A stretch of 64,000 nucleotides of DNA, taken from NCBI GenBank assembly GCA_963664215.1, contig OY761015.1; one strand, written 5' to 3'. Origin of the DNA: Candidatus Poribacteria bacterium (GTDB taxonomy: Bacteria; Poribacteria; WGA-4E; WGA-3G). Positions 35,726-45,322 of the stretch are shown piece after piece. Both the position numbers and the translations under genes were made by a program. The notes under the pieces were generated by a model. It was not told where the DNA came from and did no database searches. It worked only from the letters and a program-made list of their open reading frames with translations. The first letter of the stretch is position 1, and every line of letters starts with the position of its first letter.

Positions 35726-37582
35726 CTAAGCATGCCCAATATCTTTAAGTATTTCGTCAATTTTCGATTCCAACTCGAAAACGTGGAAGGGTTGCCCTTG
35801 CACCTTATTGAACCCGATGGCATCGATGAGATAGGTGCTGCGGATGAGTTGAAGGAGCTGTCCACTGTTGAGTTCAGGAATTAAAATCTTTTTGAATCTC
35901 TGTAGAATATCGACTAAATCTTTAGGGAACGGGTTAAGGTGTCGGAGATGGACATGTGCAATTGGGACTCCTGAGGCGATATAGTTTTCCGCAGTGGTGC
36001 GGAGCGCGCCATAAGTGCCACCCCATCCCAGGAGCAGAATATCCCCTTCTTGTACACCGAAGACCTCTGTTGGCGGGAACTCATCGGCGATGCGCGCAAC
36101 CTTTTCTGCACGGATTTCCACCATCCTTTGGTGGTTTTCAGCATCGTAACTGACGTGTCCCGTCACGTCTGATTTCTCTAATCCTCCGATACGGTGCTCT
36201 AAGCCACTGGTGCCGGGTTTCGCCCACGGACGTGCCAAGGTTTCTGGATCGCGTAAGTAAGGTTCAAACCCGTTCCGGGTATCTGCGCTCACTGCGAAGT
36301 CGGGTCTAATGTCCGGTAGTTCGGAGAGTCGCGGGATCTTCCACGGTTCAGCCCCCATTGCGATGTAGAGGTCGGAGAGGAAAATCACCGGTGTCCTGTA
36401 TTTCACAGCGATGCGACAGGCTTCGTAGACGGCCTCGAAGCAGTCGAATGGACGGGACGGCGCGATGATAGGCAGCGGCGATTCGCCGTTCCTGCCGTAG
36501 AACATCTGCAAGAGATCCGATTGTTCTGTCTTTGTCGGCATTCCAGTTGAGGGACCCGCACGTTGGATATTACATACCACGAGTGGGAGTTCAGCAATCA
36601 TAGCGAGGTTAATCGCTTCCGATTTCAGCGCAAGCCCTGGTCCGCTACTGCCGGTCACACCGAGTGACCCGCTAAAGGATGCACCGATTGCAACGCCGAC
36701 AGCGGCAATCTCATCTTCCATCTGCATTGTAACGACACCGAAATTCCGGTATTGTGCGAGTCCGTGAAGAATATCACTCGCAGGTGTGATCGGATAACTA
36801 CCGTAGACGAGCGGTAGACCGGACTGATGCGAGGCTGCAACAAGTCCAAGCACCGTTGCCATATTGCCTTCGATGTTTCGGTAGGTGCCGGGTTCAAAAT
36901 CGGCGGGTTTCACATCGTAGGAGACAGCAAACTGCTCGGTCGCTTCGCAATAAGTATTCCCGGCACGGAGTGCGAGAATATTGGATTCCACGTACTGAGG
37001 TTTTGTCGCGAACTTCGCTTTGATCCACTTCATCGTGTATTCCATCGGGCGATTGTAGAGCCAGAGGATCATGCCGAGTGCGAAAAAGTTTTTACACCTG
37101 TCGATTTCTGGAGTGCTTAATTGTGTCGTTTCGAGTGCTTTTCGAGTGAGTTGTGTTAATTCGACGCGGAAAACTTGATATTTCGTAAGCTTATCGTCTT
37201 CGAGTGGATCTTCTTCATACCCTGCGAGTCGTAGATTGCGGCGCGCAAAATTGTCGGCATTTACAATCAGGATGCCATTCGGCTTGAGTTTGTCGAGGTG
37301 TACCTTTAAAGCTGCGGGGTTCATCGCGACGAGGACGTCACAGAGATCCCCAGGGGTGTGAATCTGTTCGCTTGAGAAGTGGAGTTGGAACCCGGACACT
37401 CCAGCTAACGACCCGGCGGGTGCGCGGATTTCAGCCGGATAATCGGGTAGCGTGGCGACATCGTTCCCAATGAGGGCGGTGGTTTCAGTCATTTGTGTGC
37501 CAATGGTCTGCGACCCATCGCCGGAGTCGCCAGCAAATAGGATTGTCGCTTCCTCAATTTGCTCTACTGGCTTGCGCATCAC
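35726..37582 (-). CDS. 2-oxoacid:ferredoxin oxidoreductase, alpha subunit (KorA-like)
   Basis: 618 aa with N-terminal pyruvate-flavodoxin oxidoreductase domain and C-terminal transketolase-like domain. Paired with the beta subunit. Confidence 0.85.
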   Translation of the reverse strand: MMRKPVEQIEEATILFAGDSGDGSQTIGTQMTETTALIGNDVATLPDYPAEIRAPAGSLAGVSGFQLHFSSEQIHTPGDLCDVLVAMNPAALKVHLDKLKPNGILIVNADNFARRNLRLAGYEEDPLEDDKLTKYQVFRVELTQLTRKALETTQLSTPEIDRCKNFFALGMILWLYNRPMEYTMKWIKAKFATKPQYVESNILALRAGNTYCEATEQFAVSYDVKPADFEPGTYRNIEGNMATVLGLVAASHQSGLPLVYGSYPITPASDILHGLAQYRNFGVVTMQMEDEIAAVGVAIGASFSGSLGVTGSSGPGLALKSEAINLAMIAELPLVVCNIQRAGPSTGMPTKTEQSDLLQMFYGRNGESPLPIIAPSRPFDCFEAVYEACRIAVKYRTPVIFLSDLYIAMGAEPWKIPRLSELPDIRPDFAVSADTRNGFEPYLRDPETLARPWAKPGTSGLEHRIGGLEKSDVTGHVSYDAENHQRMVEIRAEKVARIADEFPPTEVFGVQEGDILLLGWGGTYGALRTTAENYIASGVPIAHVHLRHLNPFPKDLVDILQRFKKILIPELNSGQLLQLIRSTYLIDAIGFNKVQGQPFHVFELESKIDEILKDIGHA

Positions 37583-37602
37583 AATCGTCCTTTTTTATTA
37601 GA

Positions 37603-37719
37603 ACTTACGCATGTCCTCTTAAAGTTCCCCTGATACGGGGGATTTAGGGGGTTAAAGAACGGAAATTATCACTTTTTGCGTCTAAATTTCCGATGTTTAC
37701 TCAATTTGCGTAAGTCCTG
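37603..37719. repeat. family-1 MITE-like element (copy 3), in the promoter region of the OFOR operon
   Basis: TIRs ACTTACGCA...TGCGTAAGT, shared internal sequence CCTCTTAAAG..CCCCTGATA.GGGG...GGTTAAA. Confidence 0.75.
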
Positions 37720-37778
37720 TTTATAATAGGCGCGTATTTGGCGACCGCACCTAAGAAATATGAAAAGTTTAGAGGCAT

Positions 37779-38312
37779 TTAGGCACCCTCTCTGGCTTTC
37801 AGGGCATCTCGAACGGGTTTCGGTGGTAGCGTTAAGACTTCTTGGAGAAATTCCTCGACGAGGCAGGAGACGACATCACGAATGGACACCATACCAATCG
37901 GACGATTTTCCGTATCAACGATAGGGACGTGTCGATAACCGCCCCGTGCCATGTAAAGAATGGCAGTATTCAGCGTATCTTCGGATTGTGCTGTCTGCGG
38001 ATCTGCGATCATGAATTCCTTAACACCAATGTCGTCCAAGTCTCCAGTTTGTTTGTTGAGAATTTTGTTGAGCACGTCTCGCTCACTAAATATTCCGCGG
38101 AGGTAACCGTTCTCAACAACAGGTGCTGCACCGATTTGGTTAGCAAGGAGGAGGTCGATAGCCTCATTCGTACTAGCGTTGATGTCAATCTTAATGATGG
38201 GACGCATCAAATCTTTCAGCGAAATCTGAATCTCTTGCGCTTTCCATGCTCTTAACGCTTCGTCTTCGTCCATCTGCTCTAATTCTTCATCGATTGCCAA
38301 ATCATATAGCAT
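37779..38312 (-). CDS. CBS-domain pair protein
   Basis: Two CBS motifs (...VVENGYLRGIFSERDVL..., ...PIGMVSIRDVV...). Confidence 0.7.
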   Translation of the reverse strand: MLYDLAIDEELEQMDEDEALRAWKAQEIQISLKDLMRPIIKIDINASTNEAIDLLLANQIGAAPVVENGYLRGIFSERDVLNKILNKQTGDLDDIGVKEFMIADPQTAQSEDTLNTAILYMARGGYRHVPIVDTENRPIGMVSIRDVVSCLVEEFLQEVLTLPPKPVRDALKAREGA

Positions 38313-38323
38313 GGTTACGCCTC

Positions 38324-38752
38324 CTACGCCTGATTTTCTATAAATATGGCGATATGTTCTAAGATATCGCGGGTTGAAATTATGCCGATGGGGTACGCCT
38401 CTCCTTGGTCATCCCAAACACAGAGAGGGAGGTGTCGAAAATGACCAAGGTGCATCAGGTTTACTGCAAAGGCAATAGGGTCACTGGCGCGTAGTGTCTC
38501 TGGGTCCGCTGTCATCACCTGTTCGACCTTAAATTCCACTGGTGCGGCGCGCTGACCGCTCACGTGCTGAAGTAGATCCCGTTCGGTGATGATTCCGACT
38601 AATTGTTCATCCTCATCAACGACGAGAACACATCCTGTCCCCTCCTCTTGCATCATATCAATGACAATAGAAACAGGGGATCCGACTGGCACGGTGACGG
38701 GTTGCTTGTAATCCAGTGTGCTGATCGGCAAAGACAGCGTTCGTGTGTCCAT
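38324..38752 (-). CDS. CBS-domain pair protein
   Basis: Two CBS motifs (LVGIITERDLL; PIGIISTRDIL). Tandem with the previous CBS gene. Confidence 0.7.
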   Translation of the reverse strand: MDTRTLSLPISTLDYKQPVTVPVGSPVSIVIDMMQEEGTGCVLVVDEDEQLVGIITERDLLQHVSGQRAAPVEFKVEQVMTADPETLRASDPIAFAVNLMHLGHFRHLPLCVWDDQGEAYPIGIISTRDILEHIAIFIENQA

Positions 38753-38922
38753 CGTATCTATTCCTTATACTATAACGTTGGAAAACAGATTTGGGTTTCT
38801 GATTCTCTCACTTAAAAAGGATACCACATTTTTTGCCGATTTGCAAGAAAATCTTCGGTGCAGAATTTCGACTGAATTTTGCTAACGAGTATCGCAGTCA
38901 AGAGATTCATTCTCTCTTGGAT

Positions 38923-39864
38923 TTACACTCGCAGTGTGATCGCGCGAGAGGACCGTGAACCCCATCCCGGAACAACAATCGTCCATCTCCCTGCGGGGCC
39001 ACCGGCTACCATCAGAAGCAGATCCTCTGCTGCGTATTGCTGTGTGGTGTCAGCGATGTACTGTCGGATGTCGTTTTTGCTAAGCCCATCCTCTGAGATC
39101 GTCTTTGCGTGTTCGACGCCGATGACGAGTATGGTTTCGCCGACACTGTTGCCCGGGGCGGCGATGTTCTGTGCAATTGTGTTAAGGATGCCTTCTGCGG
39201 TGTTGTTACCGTGGTCGTCGACGGTGTGGGGACCGGCACCTGCGAAGATAGTGACAGTACTATCCTCCGCTTGGAAACCCCGGTCGACCTGCAACGGATC
39301 CCAAGGGCTCTCTTCCTCTTTTTCAGCGATGCAACAAGTGTATTTCCCAGCGTGTCCGAACGCCGAGCGGTCGAGTTCACCGGGCAATCCGCCACCGATA
39401 TTCGTGCAGATGAGTCGTAACGTGCGACCGATCGTTGCATTCGCTCGCCATCCTTGTCCGAAAAGATTGAACCCGTCGTTAATTTCTAACTGCTTTCGGA
39501 TCGGTCCATTCACAACGAGCATCGGTGAAACGTGGGATGTTGTAACTTGAACGCCGTGGAGGTTGAACTGGTCAGATGTCATCGCTTCCACTGCGGTGAG
39601 GATAAGCGGTAGATATTCCGGTTTGCATCCTGCCATGACGGCGTTAATCGCGACCCTTTCGACGGTGGCTCTTCCCCATTTCGGAGGGACTGCTGCGATG
39701 AGTTCATCCGGATCTCGGTCTGTTCCGCTCAGCATCCGTTCGACGCGTTCAGGGGTTGGTGGAACGACAGGAAGTCCATCCGTCCATCCGTTCTGATAGC
39801 AGACCTCAATGAGGTCCTCGGTTTCGTCAATTTCTAACGCTGTGGATTGCCATTCTTGTGCCAT
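38923..39864 (-). CDS. conserved hypothetical protein (unrecognised family)
   Basis: 313 aa ORF with good coding appearance (NGWTDGLPVVPPTPERV ... KYTCCIAEKEE). No family recognised by eye. Confidence 0.4.
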   Translation of the reverse strand: MAQEWQSTALEIDETEDLIEVCYQNGWTDGLPVVPPTPERVERMLSGTDRDPDELIAAVPPKWGRATVERVAINAVMAGCKPEYLPLILTAVEAMTSDQFNLHGVQVTTSHVSPMLVVNGPIRKQLEINDGFNLFGQGWRANATIGRTLRLICTNIGGGLPGELDRSAFGHAGKYTCCIAEKEEESPWDPLQVDRGFQAEDSTVTIFAGAGPHTVDDHGNNTAEGILNTIAQNIAAPGNSVGETILVIGVEHAKTISEDGLSKNDIRQYIADTTQQYAAEDLLLMVAGGPAGRWTIVVPGWGSRSSRAITLRV

Positions 39865-39961
39865 ACGTATTTCCTTTCTGTGATTACTTTTGAATATGCC
39901 CGTTGAAGTATGTTATCATAGTAGCATAGATTTTATAGGTTTGCAAGGTGCTCTTTGCCCT

Positions 39962-40075
39962 TGTAGGAGGGAACTCCGATTCCCGACTATATTGGCTGCC
40001 ATTCTTGTAGGAGGGAACTCCGATTCCCGACTCTTTTTAAAATACATCGGTAGGAGGGAACTCCGATTCCCGACT
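39962..40075. repeat. three family-2 REP-like units spaced 16-17 nt apart, directly upstream of the threonine dehydratase start
   Basis: TGTAGGAGGGAACTCCGATTCCCGACT at 39962..39988 and 40006..40032, and GGTAGGAGGGAACTCCGATTCCCGACT at 40049..40075. Confidence 0.8.
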
Positions 40076-40099
40076 CTTTTAAAATACATTAGGAGAAAA

Positions 40100-41065
40100 A
40101 TGAAAACTATTACTCTTCAGGAAATTATCGCGGCGCGACGCGTCGTGACACAGTATTTAAAGCCTACACCACTAATACACTATCCAGAATTGTCCGAGCG
40201 ACTCGGATTTCGGGCATATATCAAGCATGAAAATCATCATCCAACGGGTAGTTTTAAAGTGCGCGGCGGCATCAATTTCATGCACCATCTACCACAAGCA
40301 CAACGTGAAAAAGGTGTTCTTACGGCGACACGTGGGAATCATGGACAATCAATCGCCTACGCCGCAGCACAATTTGGGGGTAAGGCGACCGTCGTTGTGC
40401 CACACGGGAATAACCCTGAGAAAAATAGTGCCATGCGGGCGTATGGAGCGGAACTGATTGAGCACGGTTCCGATTTTGACGAAGCACTTGCGCTGTGTGA
40501 AACCCTTCAAGCCGAACGCGGGCTTTACTACGTTCATCCCTGTATGGAGCCAGCACTCTTCCACGGTGTCGGGACCTATTCACTTGAGATTTTTGAAAGT
40601 CTTCCAGACGTAGATGCAATCATCGTGCCTATTGGTGGCGGGAGCGGTAGTTGTGGTGCTATCACCGTTTCTAAGGCGATCAACCCGGATGTCAAGGTCA
40701 TCGGGGTACAAGCTGAGAATGCCTCGGCCATCTATCGTTCATGGAAGACAGGGCGGCGTGTAGAAACCGATTCTTGCGATACCATTGCCGATGGTCTTGC
40801 GACGCGTGCTCCGTTTTCGTTGCCCCTATCTATCCTCAATAAAGGCATTCACGACATCGTGTTACTCAGTGAAGAGGAACTTATGGAAGGCATCCGTTTG
40901 GCGTTGCGATGGACGCACAACTTGGCAGAAGGTGCGGGCGCGTCTTCGATAGCAGCAGCGCATAAACTCACGGATACACTGGCGGGGAAACGCGTGGTAA
41001 TGGTGATGAGCGGTGCGAATCTGGATACGGAAACGCTTAAGAAGGTGTTGACCTACCAGTTGTGA
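40100..41065 (+). CDS. threonine/serine dehydratase (PLP-dependent, fold type II)
   Basis: MKTITLQEIIAARRVV..., PLP-lysine motif SFKVRGG, glycine loop GGGSGSCG. AGGAG RBS. The longer ORF in the track translates through the upstream repeats. Confidence 0.8.
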   Translation: MKTITLQEIIAARRVVTQYLKPTPLIHYPELSERLGFRAYIKHENHHPTGSFKVRGGINFMHHLPQAQREKGVLTATRGNHGQSIAYAAAQFGGKATVVVPHGNNPEKNSAMRAYGAELIEHGSDFDEALALCETLQAERGLYYVHPCMEPALFHGVGTYSLEIFESLPDVDAIIVPIGGGSGSCGAITVSKAINPDVKVIGVQAENASAIYRSWKTGRRVETDSCDTIADGLATRAPFSLPLSILNKGIHDIVLLSEEELMEGIRLALRWTHNLAEGAGASSIAAAHKLTDTLAGKRVVMVMSGANLDTETLKKVLTYQL

Positions 41066-41772
41066 ACCACGTAGACCGGGGCAGATCCGTCGGTCAATTG
41101 GATGGTTGCCGATTCCGCGTCTTCTACGAATTCGTTGCGCAGGGCGTTTGTTAGGTCGGGATGGATGTGTAGTGATGCCAAGTCCCAACGTAAATTTTCA
41201 CTTTTTTCGACGGTGACATTGGGCGATTCTGCAATGAGGGAAACCCGTTGCAGTCCACTGCTTTTTCGGGCTAAACGCACGCCTGAGAGCACGTAGTGGA
41301 TTGTTTGTCTCGGATCCCGCATTTCGGCTATGTAAGGTTCTCCTTCGGACACCCGGTAATGCCCAAAACGCATCAGTTTGAGATTACCAAGAAACTGGTC
41401 GGTTTCATATTCTTCAGGACGCGGTAAACCGCCGTAGATGATGATATGTCGGCAGTCGTACTGTTCCATGGCGTAATCTACGGCGAGTTGTCCATCTGTA
41501 TAATCTTTGTCTGTTTTTCCTACCCATTCCTGAACGGTCTGCTTTGCTTGTGGAAAAGGATGTCCTTCTTGTGGAACTGAATCCATGTCACCAATAAGGA
41601 CATCCGGAATCAGCGACCTATCCGGTTCCCGATTTAGGTCACCAAATATGCGGATGCCTCCGTCGGCACAGATGAGCGGGAACCCCTTTTTCATTGCGCT
41701 TTCGATTTCTTGACGGTAAAAATCGGGGTGCCGTGTATCGTAGTAGCCGTTGAGAAAGATAAGTGCTGTCAT
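41053..41772 (-). CDS. thiamine pyrophosphokinase
   Basis: LICADGG and GDMDS motifs of the TPK catalytic domain. Likely start is MTALIFLNG (41772). Confidence 0.7.
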   Translation of the reverse strand: MTALIFLNGYYDTRHPDFYRQEIESAMKKGFPLICADGGIRIFGDLNREPDRSLIPDVLIGDMDSVPQEGHPFPQAKQTVQEWVGKTDKDYTDGQLAVDYAMEQYDCRHIIIYGGLPRPEEYETDQFLGNLKLMRFGHYRVSEGEPYIAEMRDPRQTIHYVLSGVRLARKSSGLQRVSLIAESPNVTVEKSENLRWDLASLHIHPDLTNALRNEFVEDAESATIQLTDGSAPVYVVHNW

Positions 41773-41861
41773 TTTTTTACTTTCGTCATAACAATACCGA
41801 AAGAAACCATTGTAGGGGGTTTTGAGTTTGGGTGTTTCTTGGGCTTGTGTCTGCCCACACA

Positions 41862-42785
41862 TTACCTATGATCTTCTGTCATAACAATATTGTATGACGG
41901 AATCAGTTGGATAGGATGATAGGAACGTTTGACACGCTTTAGATTTTCTAACCCTGAGTCGTCCAGCGCGTTAATCCACTTGTAGGAATCCATCAATTCC
42001 TTACAGAATTCGCGATAGATAAACTGCGCCAGCCCCTTTATACTGAGATCAGTGATCTCAAACAGCACGCAGAATGTCTCCACACTCAGCGGATAGCCAA
42101 AAGTATAACCCCTAATTTCTCCGTCAATATGCACCACCCTACCGACAATTCCAAGCGCATCGGCGTGTGAAACCCCAATTCGGTGTGCTGATCGTGAATC
42201 GTTAAGCATGGCATTATAGATGGGGTCGTCGGACTTTTCTGACCGCATCTCGCACCATCTGTCATAAAGCGAGAGACACGTATCCTGATCCGTAGTCGTA
42301 TACGGACACAATTTCGCTGACGGATACTTTGTTACAAAAACATTGTATGAATGGCGTTGTTGCTTATAGCGATCACCGCGCAGTCCCGCGAGCGTTTCCG
42401 TTTCATAGAGGTATTCGGTCTCCTTTAAGGTAGCACGAAACCCATTCTTTTCAAAGAAAGGAATCATTTCCTGTGGAACGTTTTCAATTCGGGCGATATG
42501 TGGGTTTGGGTTTGTTGCTAACATGAACTGATATGCTTCGCAGACGACATTTAAAGAATCTCGGCTTTTCGTCTCGGACGGCATCAATAAAATAGGCATG
42601 AAGTAGTCGTTACCCTGCTTTGCGAAAACGCAGAGATGGTCTTGTAACAGCGTCCAGTAAAATTGAAAATGCTCCTTCCATACGTAGAGCGGTGCGAAGG
42701 CATAGTGAGATAAGCGCGGGCATGTCCGAGGTACGTATTCGTCAAAAAGTGGCTTGTCGTTGAGCGTCAAGGGTTGGAGTCGCAT
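41862..42785 (-). CDS. DUF2156-like protein (lysyl-phosphatidylglycerol synthase C-terminal-domain-like, GNAT fold)
   Basis: About 300 aa. N-terminal L.PL.L.D...F..Y.......Y.F..LY.W pattern typical of stand-alone DUF2156 proteins. Confidence 0.45.
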   Translation of the reverse strand: MRLQPLTLNDKPLFDEYVPRTCPRLSHYAFAPLYVWKEHFQFYWTLLQDHLCVFAKQGNDYFMPILLMPSETKSRDSLNVVCEAYQFMLATNPNPHIARIENVPQEMIPFFEKNGFRATLKETEYLYETETLAGLRGDRYKQQRHSYNVFVTKYPSAKLCPYTTTDQDTCLSLYDRWCEMRSEKSDDPIYNAMLNDSRSAHRIGVSHADALGIVGRVVHIDGEIRGYTFGYPLSVETFCVLFEITDLSIKGLAQFIYREFCKELMDSYKWINALDDSGLENLKRVKRSYHPIQLIPSYNIVMTEDHR

Positions 42786-42788
42786 CTG

Positions 42789-43358
42789 TCAATTTTTTTG
42801 AAGCATCGCGATCAGGAGGTCACTCCTACTGAGTGTATGGACAATTTCCACTGTCTCTTGGTAATTGCCGATCAAGCTCCAGTTGTCGATTATCTGCGCC
42901 GCGACCGATTCGGATTCGACGTAATTGATGACGTGTCGGATGTGCTTCTGAAAGGCTTCCGTTTTGGTATGTGCTTCGCCAAACGGACAGAGGCTGTCTA
43001 CGCCGAGAACGACTTCGTTTCCATCTTCGCTGCGCATGAGGGCAAACGGATAGAGTTGACAGTCAAGCGGACGGATCGGATAGATGGTGCAGTGGCTTGT
43101 CTCTGGGTCGAAGAAGGGGCAGATGTAGAAGTCGTTGTGCGGTTTTAGTTGAATCTGGGCACTTTTTCCGTCTGCTTGTGGACGGAACAGCGCGGGATCG
43201 GCACCGTGTGTGATGGATTTCTCCGTCTCTGTTTCTGTGAAGATGGGTGCGAGTGGACTGTCTACCTCTAAAAATCGGCAACAGACATCGCACGAGAAAC
43301 AGACTTCGCTGGGGATGATTTGGTAGAGGGTAGCGTTCGCCGGGTTAGGTGTGTCCAT
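42789..43358 (-). CDS. YkgJ-family putative Fe-S/zinc-chelating protein (UPF0153)
   Basis: CFSCDVCC (CxxCxxCC) plus a second Cys cluster CPFFDPETSHC. Confidence 0.75.
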   Translation of the reverse strand: MDTPNPANATLYQIIPSEVCFSCDVCCRFLEVDSPLAPIFTETETEKSITHGADPALFRPQADGKSAQIQLKPHNDFYICPFFDPETSHCTIYPIRPLDCQLYPFALMRSEDGNEVVLGVDSLCPFGEAHTKTEAFQKHIRHVINYVESESVAAQIIDNWSLIGNYQETVEIVHTLSRSDLLIAMLQKN

Positions 43359-44504
43359 TTATCGACCCAAAATCTTTCCTATTTCATCAATCACAATGTG
43401 AATCTCTTCTTCGGTTAAACCCGGGTGGAGGGGTAGACTCACGACGCGCTCAAATGCCGCCTCGGCACACGGGAAATCACCCACACGGTATCCATATTGC
43501 TTCTGATAAAACTCGAAGAGGTGTAGCGGGATATAGTGGACACTGCACTCGACGTTTGCCTCGCCCAAGGCTCTGATAAATCCGTCACGTTCACCGGGAG
43601 GGAGTTGGATAATGTAGAGATGCCACGAATGTTCGTTGGGATTCTCCGGTGCCACCGGTGTGCTGATGTGCGGAAGATTTGCGAGTTCCTTTTGATAAAT
43701 CTGCGCAAGATCTCGACGGCGTTCATGCTGTTTGTTGAGTTTCATGAGTTGACACAATCCCATCGCCGCTTGAATATCGGTCATGTTGTATTTATAGCCT
43801 TCAGTTGCGATGTCGTACCGCCAAATGTCGCGCTGAGACTGACGCGCCCAAGCGTCCTTGTCGATGCCATGGAGCCGCATCGTGCGGAGCGGTTTGGCGA
43901 AGGTGTCGTTGTTAGTAGTAATCATCCCGCCTTCCCCTGTTGTTAGGTTTTTGTTCGCATAGAAACTAAAGGCGGACAGGTCGCCGATGTTGCCAATGTA
44001 TTGACTTTTGTATTCGGTCGGGATCGCGTGGGCAGCGTCATCGATGAGGACGAGGTTGTGGTTTCGGCAGATGGCCTGTAGCGCATCCATGTCGCATGGC
44101 AGACCGGCAAAATGGACGGGCATGATTGCCTTCGTGCGTGGGGTTATCGCCTGTTCAATTTTGGTTATGTCAGTGTTCAAGGTATCGGGTTCAATGTCCA
44201 CGAAGACGGGTTTAGCACCGACATATCGAATCGCTTCAGCAGTTGCTGTGAAGGTGTAAGGGGTTGTGATGACTTCATCGCCGCTACCGATCTCGGCAAC
44301 AACGAGGCTTAGATGCAACGCAGCGGTACAGGAACTCACAGCGATCGCGTGCTTAACACCGAGATATTCGGCGAAGGCACGTTCAAATTCGCGGACTCTC
44401 GTCCCTGTGCTAATCCATTTCGAGGCGAGGACTTGGCTAACGGCTTCGATTTCGGTGTCATCGATCCAAGGCCGACTAAAGGGTATGAAAGGGTGCTTCG
44501 CCAT
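43359..44504 (-). CDS. DegT/DnrJ/EryC1/StrS-family sugar aminotransferase (PLP-dependent)
   Basis: 381 aa. N-terminus IPFSRPWIDDTEIEAV...; conserved aspartate aminotransferase fold type I hallmarks. Confidence 0.85.
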   Translation of the reverse strand: MAKHPFIPFSRPWIDDTEIEAVSQVLASKWISTGTRVREFERAFAEYLGVKHAIAVSSCTAALHLSLVVAEIGSGDEVITTPYTFTATAEAIRYVGAKPVFVDIEPDTLNTDITKIEQAITPRTKAIMPVHFAGLPCDMDALQAICRNHNLVLIDDAAHAIPTEYKSQYIGNIGDLSAFSFYANKNLTTGEGGMITTNNDTFAKPLRTMRLHGIDKDAWARQSQRDIWRYDIATEGYKYNMTDIQAAMGLCQLMKLNKQHERRRDLAQIYQKELANLPHISTPVAPENPNEHSWHLYIIQLPPGERDGFIRALGEANVECSVHYIPLHLFEFYQKQYGYRVGDFPCAEAAFERVVSLPLHPGLTEEEIHIVIDEIGKILGR

Positions 44505-44545
44505 AGAGGGATTCCTTAAAACTTAAAAGTAGTAGGCATACTCCG

Positions 44546-44998
44546 TTATGCCGTGACATTTTGTGCCAATATCTGGATCATTGCTTCAAGAGCAAGGGTG
44601 TAACTATGCGTCCCGAAACCACCGATGACACCAACTGCAACGGCTGATATGTAGGAATGATGCCGAAATTCTTCGCGGGCGTAAATATTGGAGAGGTGAA
44701 TCTCGATGACGGGTAACGCAACAGTAGAGAGTGCGTCTCGGATGGCGACGCTGGTATGTGTGTAGGCGGCGGGATTAATCAGGATACCGTCTGCCCAGTC
44801 AATGTTATCCCCGATGATAGAGACGAGTTCGCCTTCGTGGTTGGATTGGAAGATTTTGAGGGTAATCGCGTGAGGTGATGCCGCTGCCTGTTGGTCGAGT
44901 GTATTGTTAATATCCGAGAGCGTTTGATGTCCGTAGATCTCCGGTTGGCGTTTCCCTAAGAGGTGTAGGTTCGGTCCGTGGAGGACGAGGATATTCAT
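44546..44998 (-). CDS. aroQ: 3-dehydroquinate dehydratase, type II
   Basis: [23 protein letters not shown] ... [15 protein letters not shown] is diagnostic. Confidence 0.9.
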   Translation of the reverse strand: MNILVLHGPNLHLLGKRQPEIYGHQTLSDINNTLDQQAAASPHAITLKIFQSNHEGELVSIIGDNIDWADGILINPAAYTHTSVAIRDALSTVALPVIEIHLSNIYAREEFRHHSYISAVAVGVIGGFGTHSYTLALEAMIQILAQNVTA

Positions 44999-45201
44999 GC
45001 ATGTACTTCCTTTTCCTGTGAAGTATTACCTTTGCCGTAAAGAGTATACAATGGATTAGAAAAATTTACAAAGATTTTTTCAGGGATAGGGACACATCCG
45101 GGAGCATACCCAGTTCAACCTACGGACTCGCGTCTACAATAAGCGTATAACATCGGTAATTCGACGACGAACGACTCTCAATCAAGGAGCATCTCTCATC
45201 C

Positions 45202-45282
45202 TGCAAATCCCTGAATCCTGTAAATCCTGATTCAGACAATTAACATCGCACATTACCGAATGAAAACAGGATTTACGCAGTC
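45202..45282. repeat. family-5 repeat (AATCC.GATTCAGACAAT core with a flanking inverted repeat GTAAATCCTG/CAGGATTTAC)
   Basis: Shares its core with the elements at 31251..31313, 31396..31500 and 33768..33866. Confidence 0.4.
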
Positions 45283-45322
45283 TACCTCGAATTGGGAAAA
45301 CTGGTTCTGTAGAGAGGTGCTA

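Noticed and set aside
38879-39550. 223-aa plus-strand ORF
   Set aside because: It overlaps the better-supported minus-strand 313-aa gene completely and has an S/P/A-rich low-complexity translation.
39962-40075. Three near-identical 27-nt direct repeats with 16-17 nt spacers, superficially CRISPR-like
   Set aside because: Spacers are far too short and irregular. The repeat is the family-2 REP unit found singly elsewhere (12213, 30861, 63966). There are no cas genes and no leader.
39890-40099. N-terminal extension of the threonine dehydratase ORF containing the repeated peptide RRELRFPT
   Set aside because: It is translation through three family-2 REP units. The true start at 40100 has an AGGAG RBS.
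41773-41862. N-terminal 30 codons of the thiamine pyrophosphokinase ORF, checked as a possible TPP riboswitch location
   Set aside because: No CTGAGA...ACCTGATCTGGATAATGCCAGCG-like TPP aptamer core is present on either strand. The TPK catalytic domain begins at MTALIFLNG.
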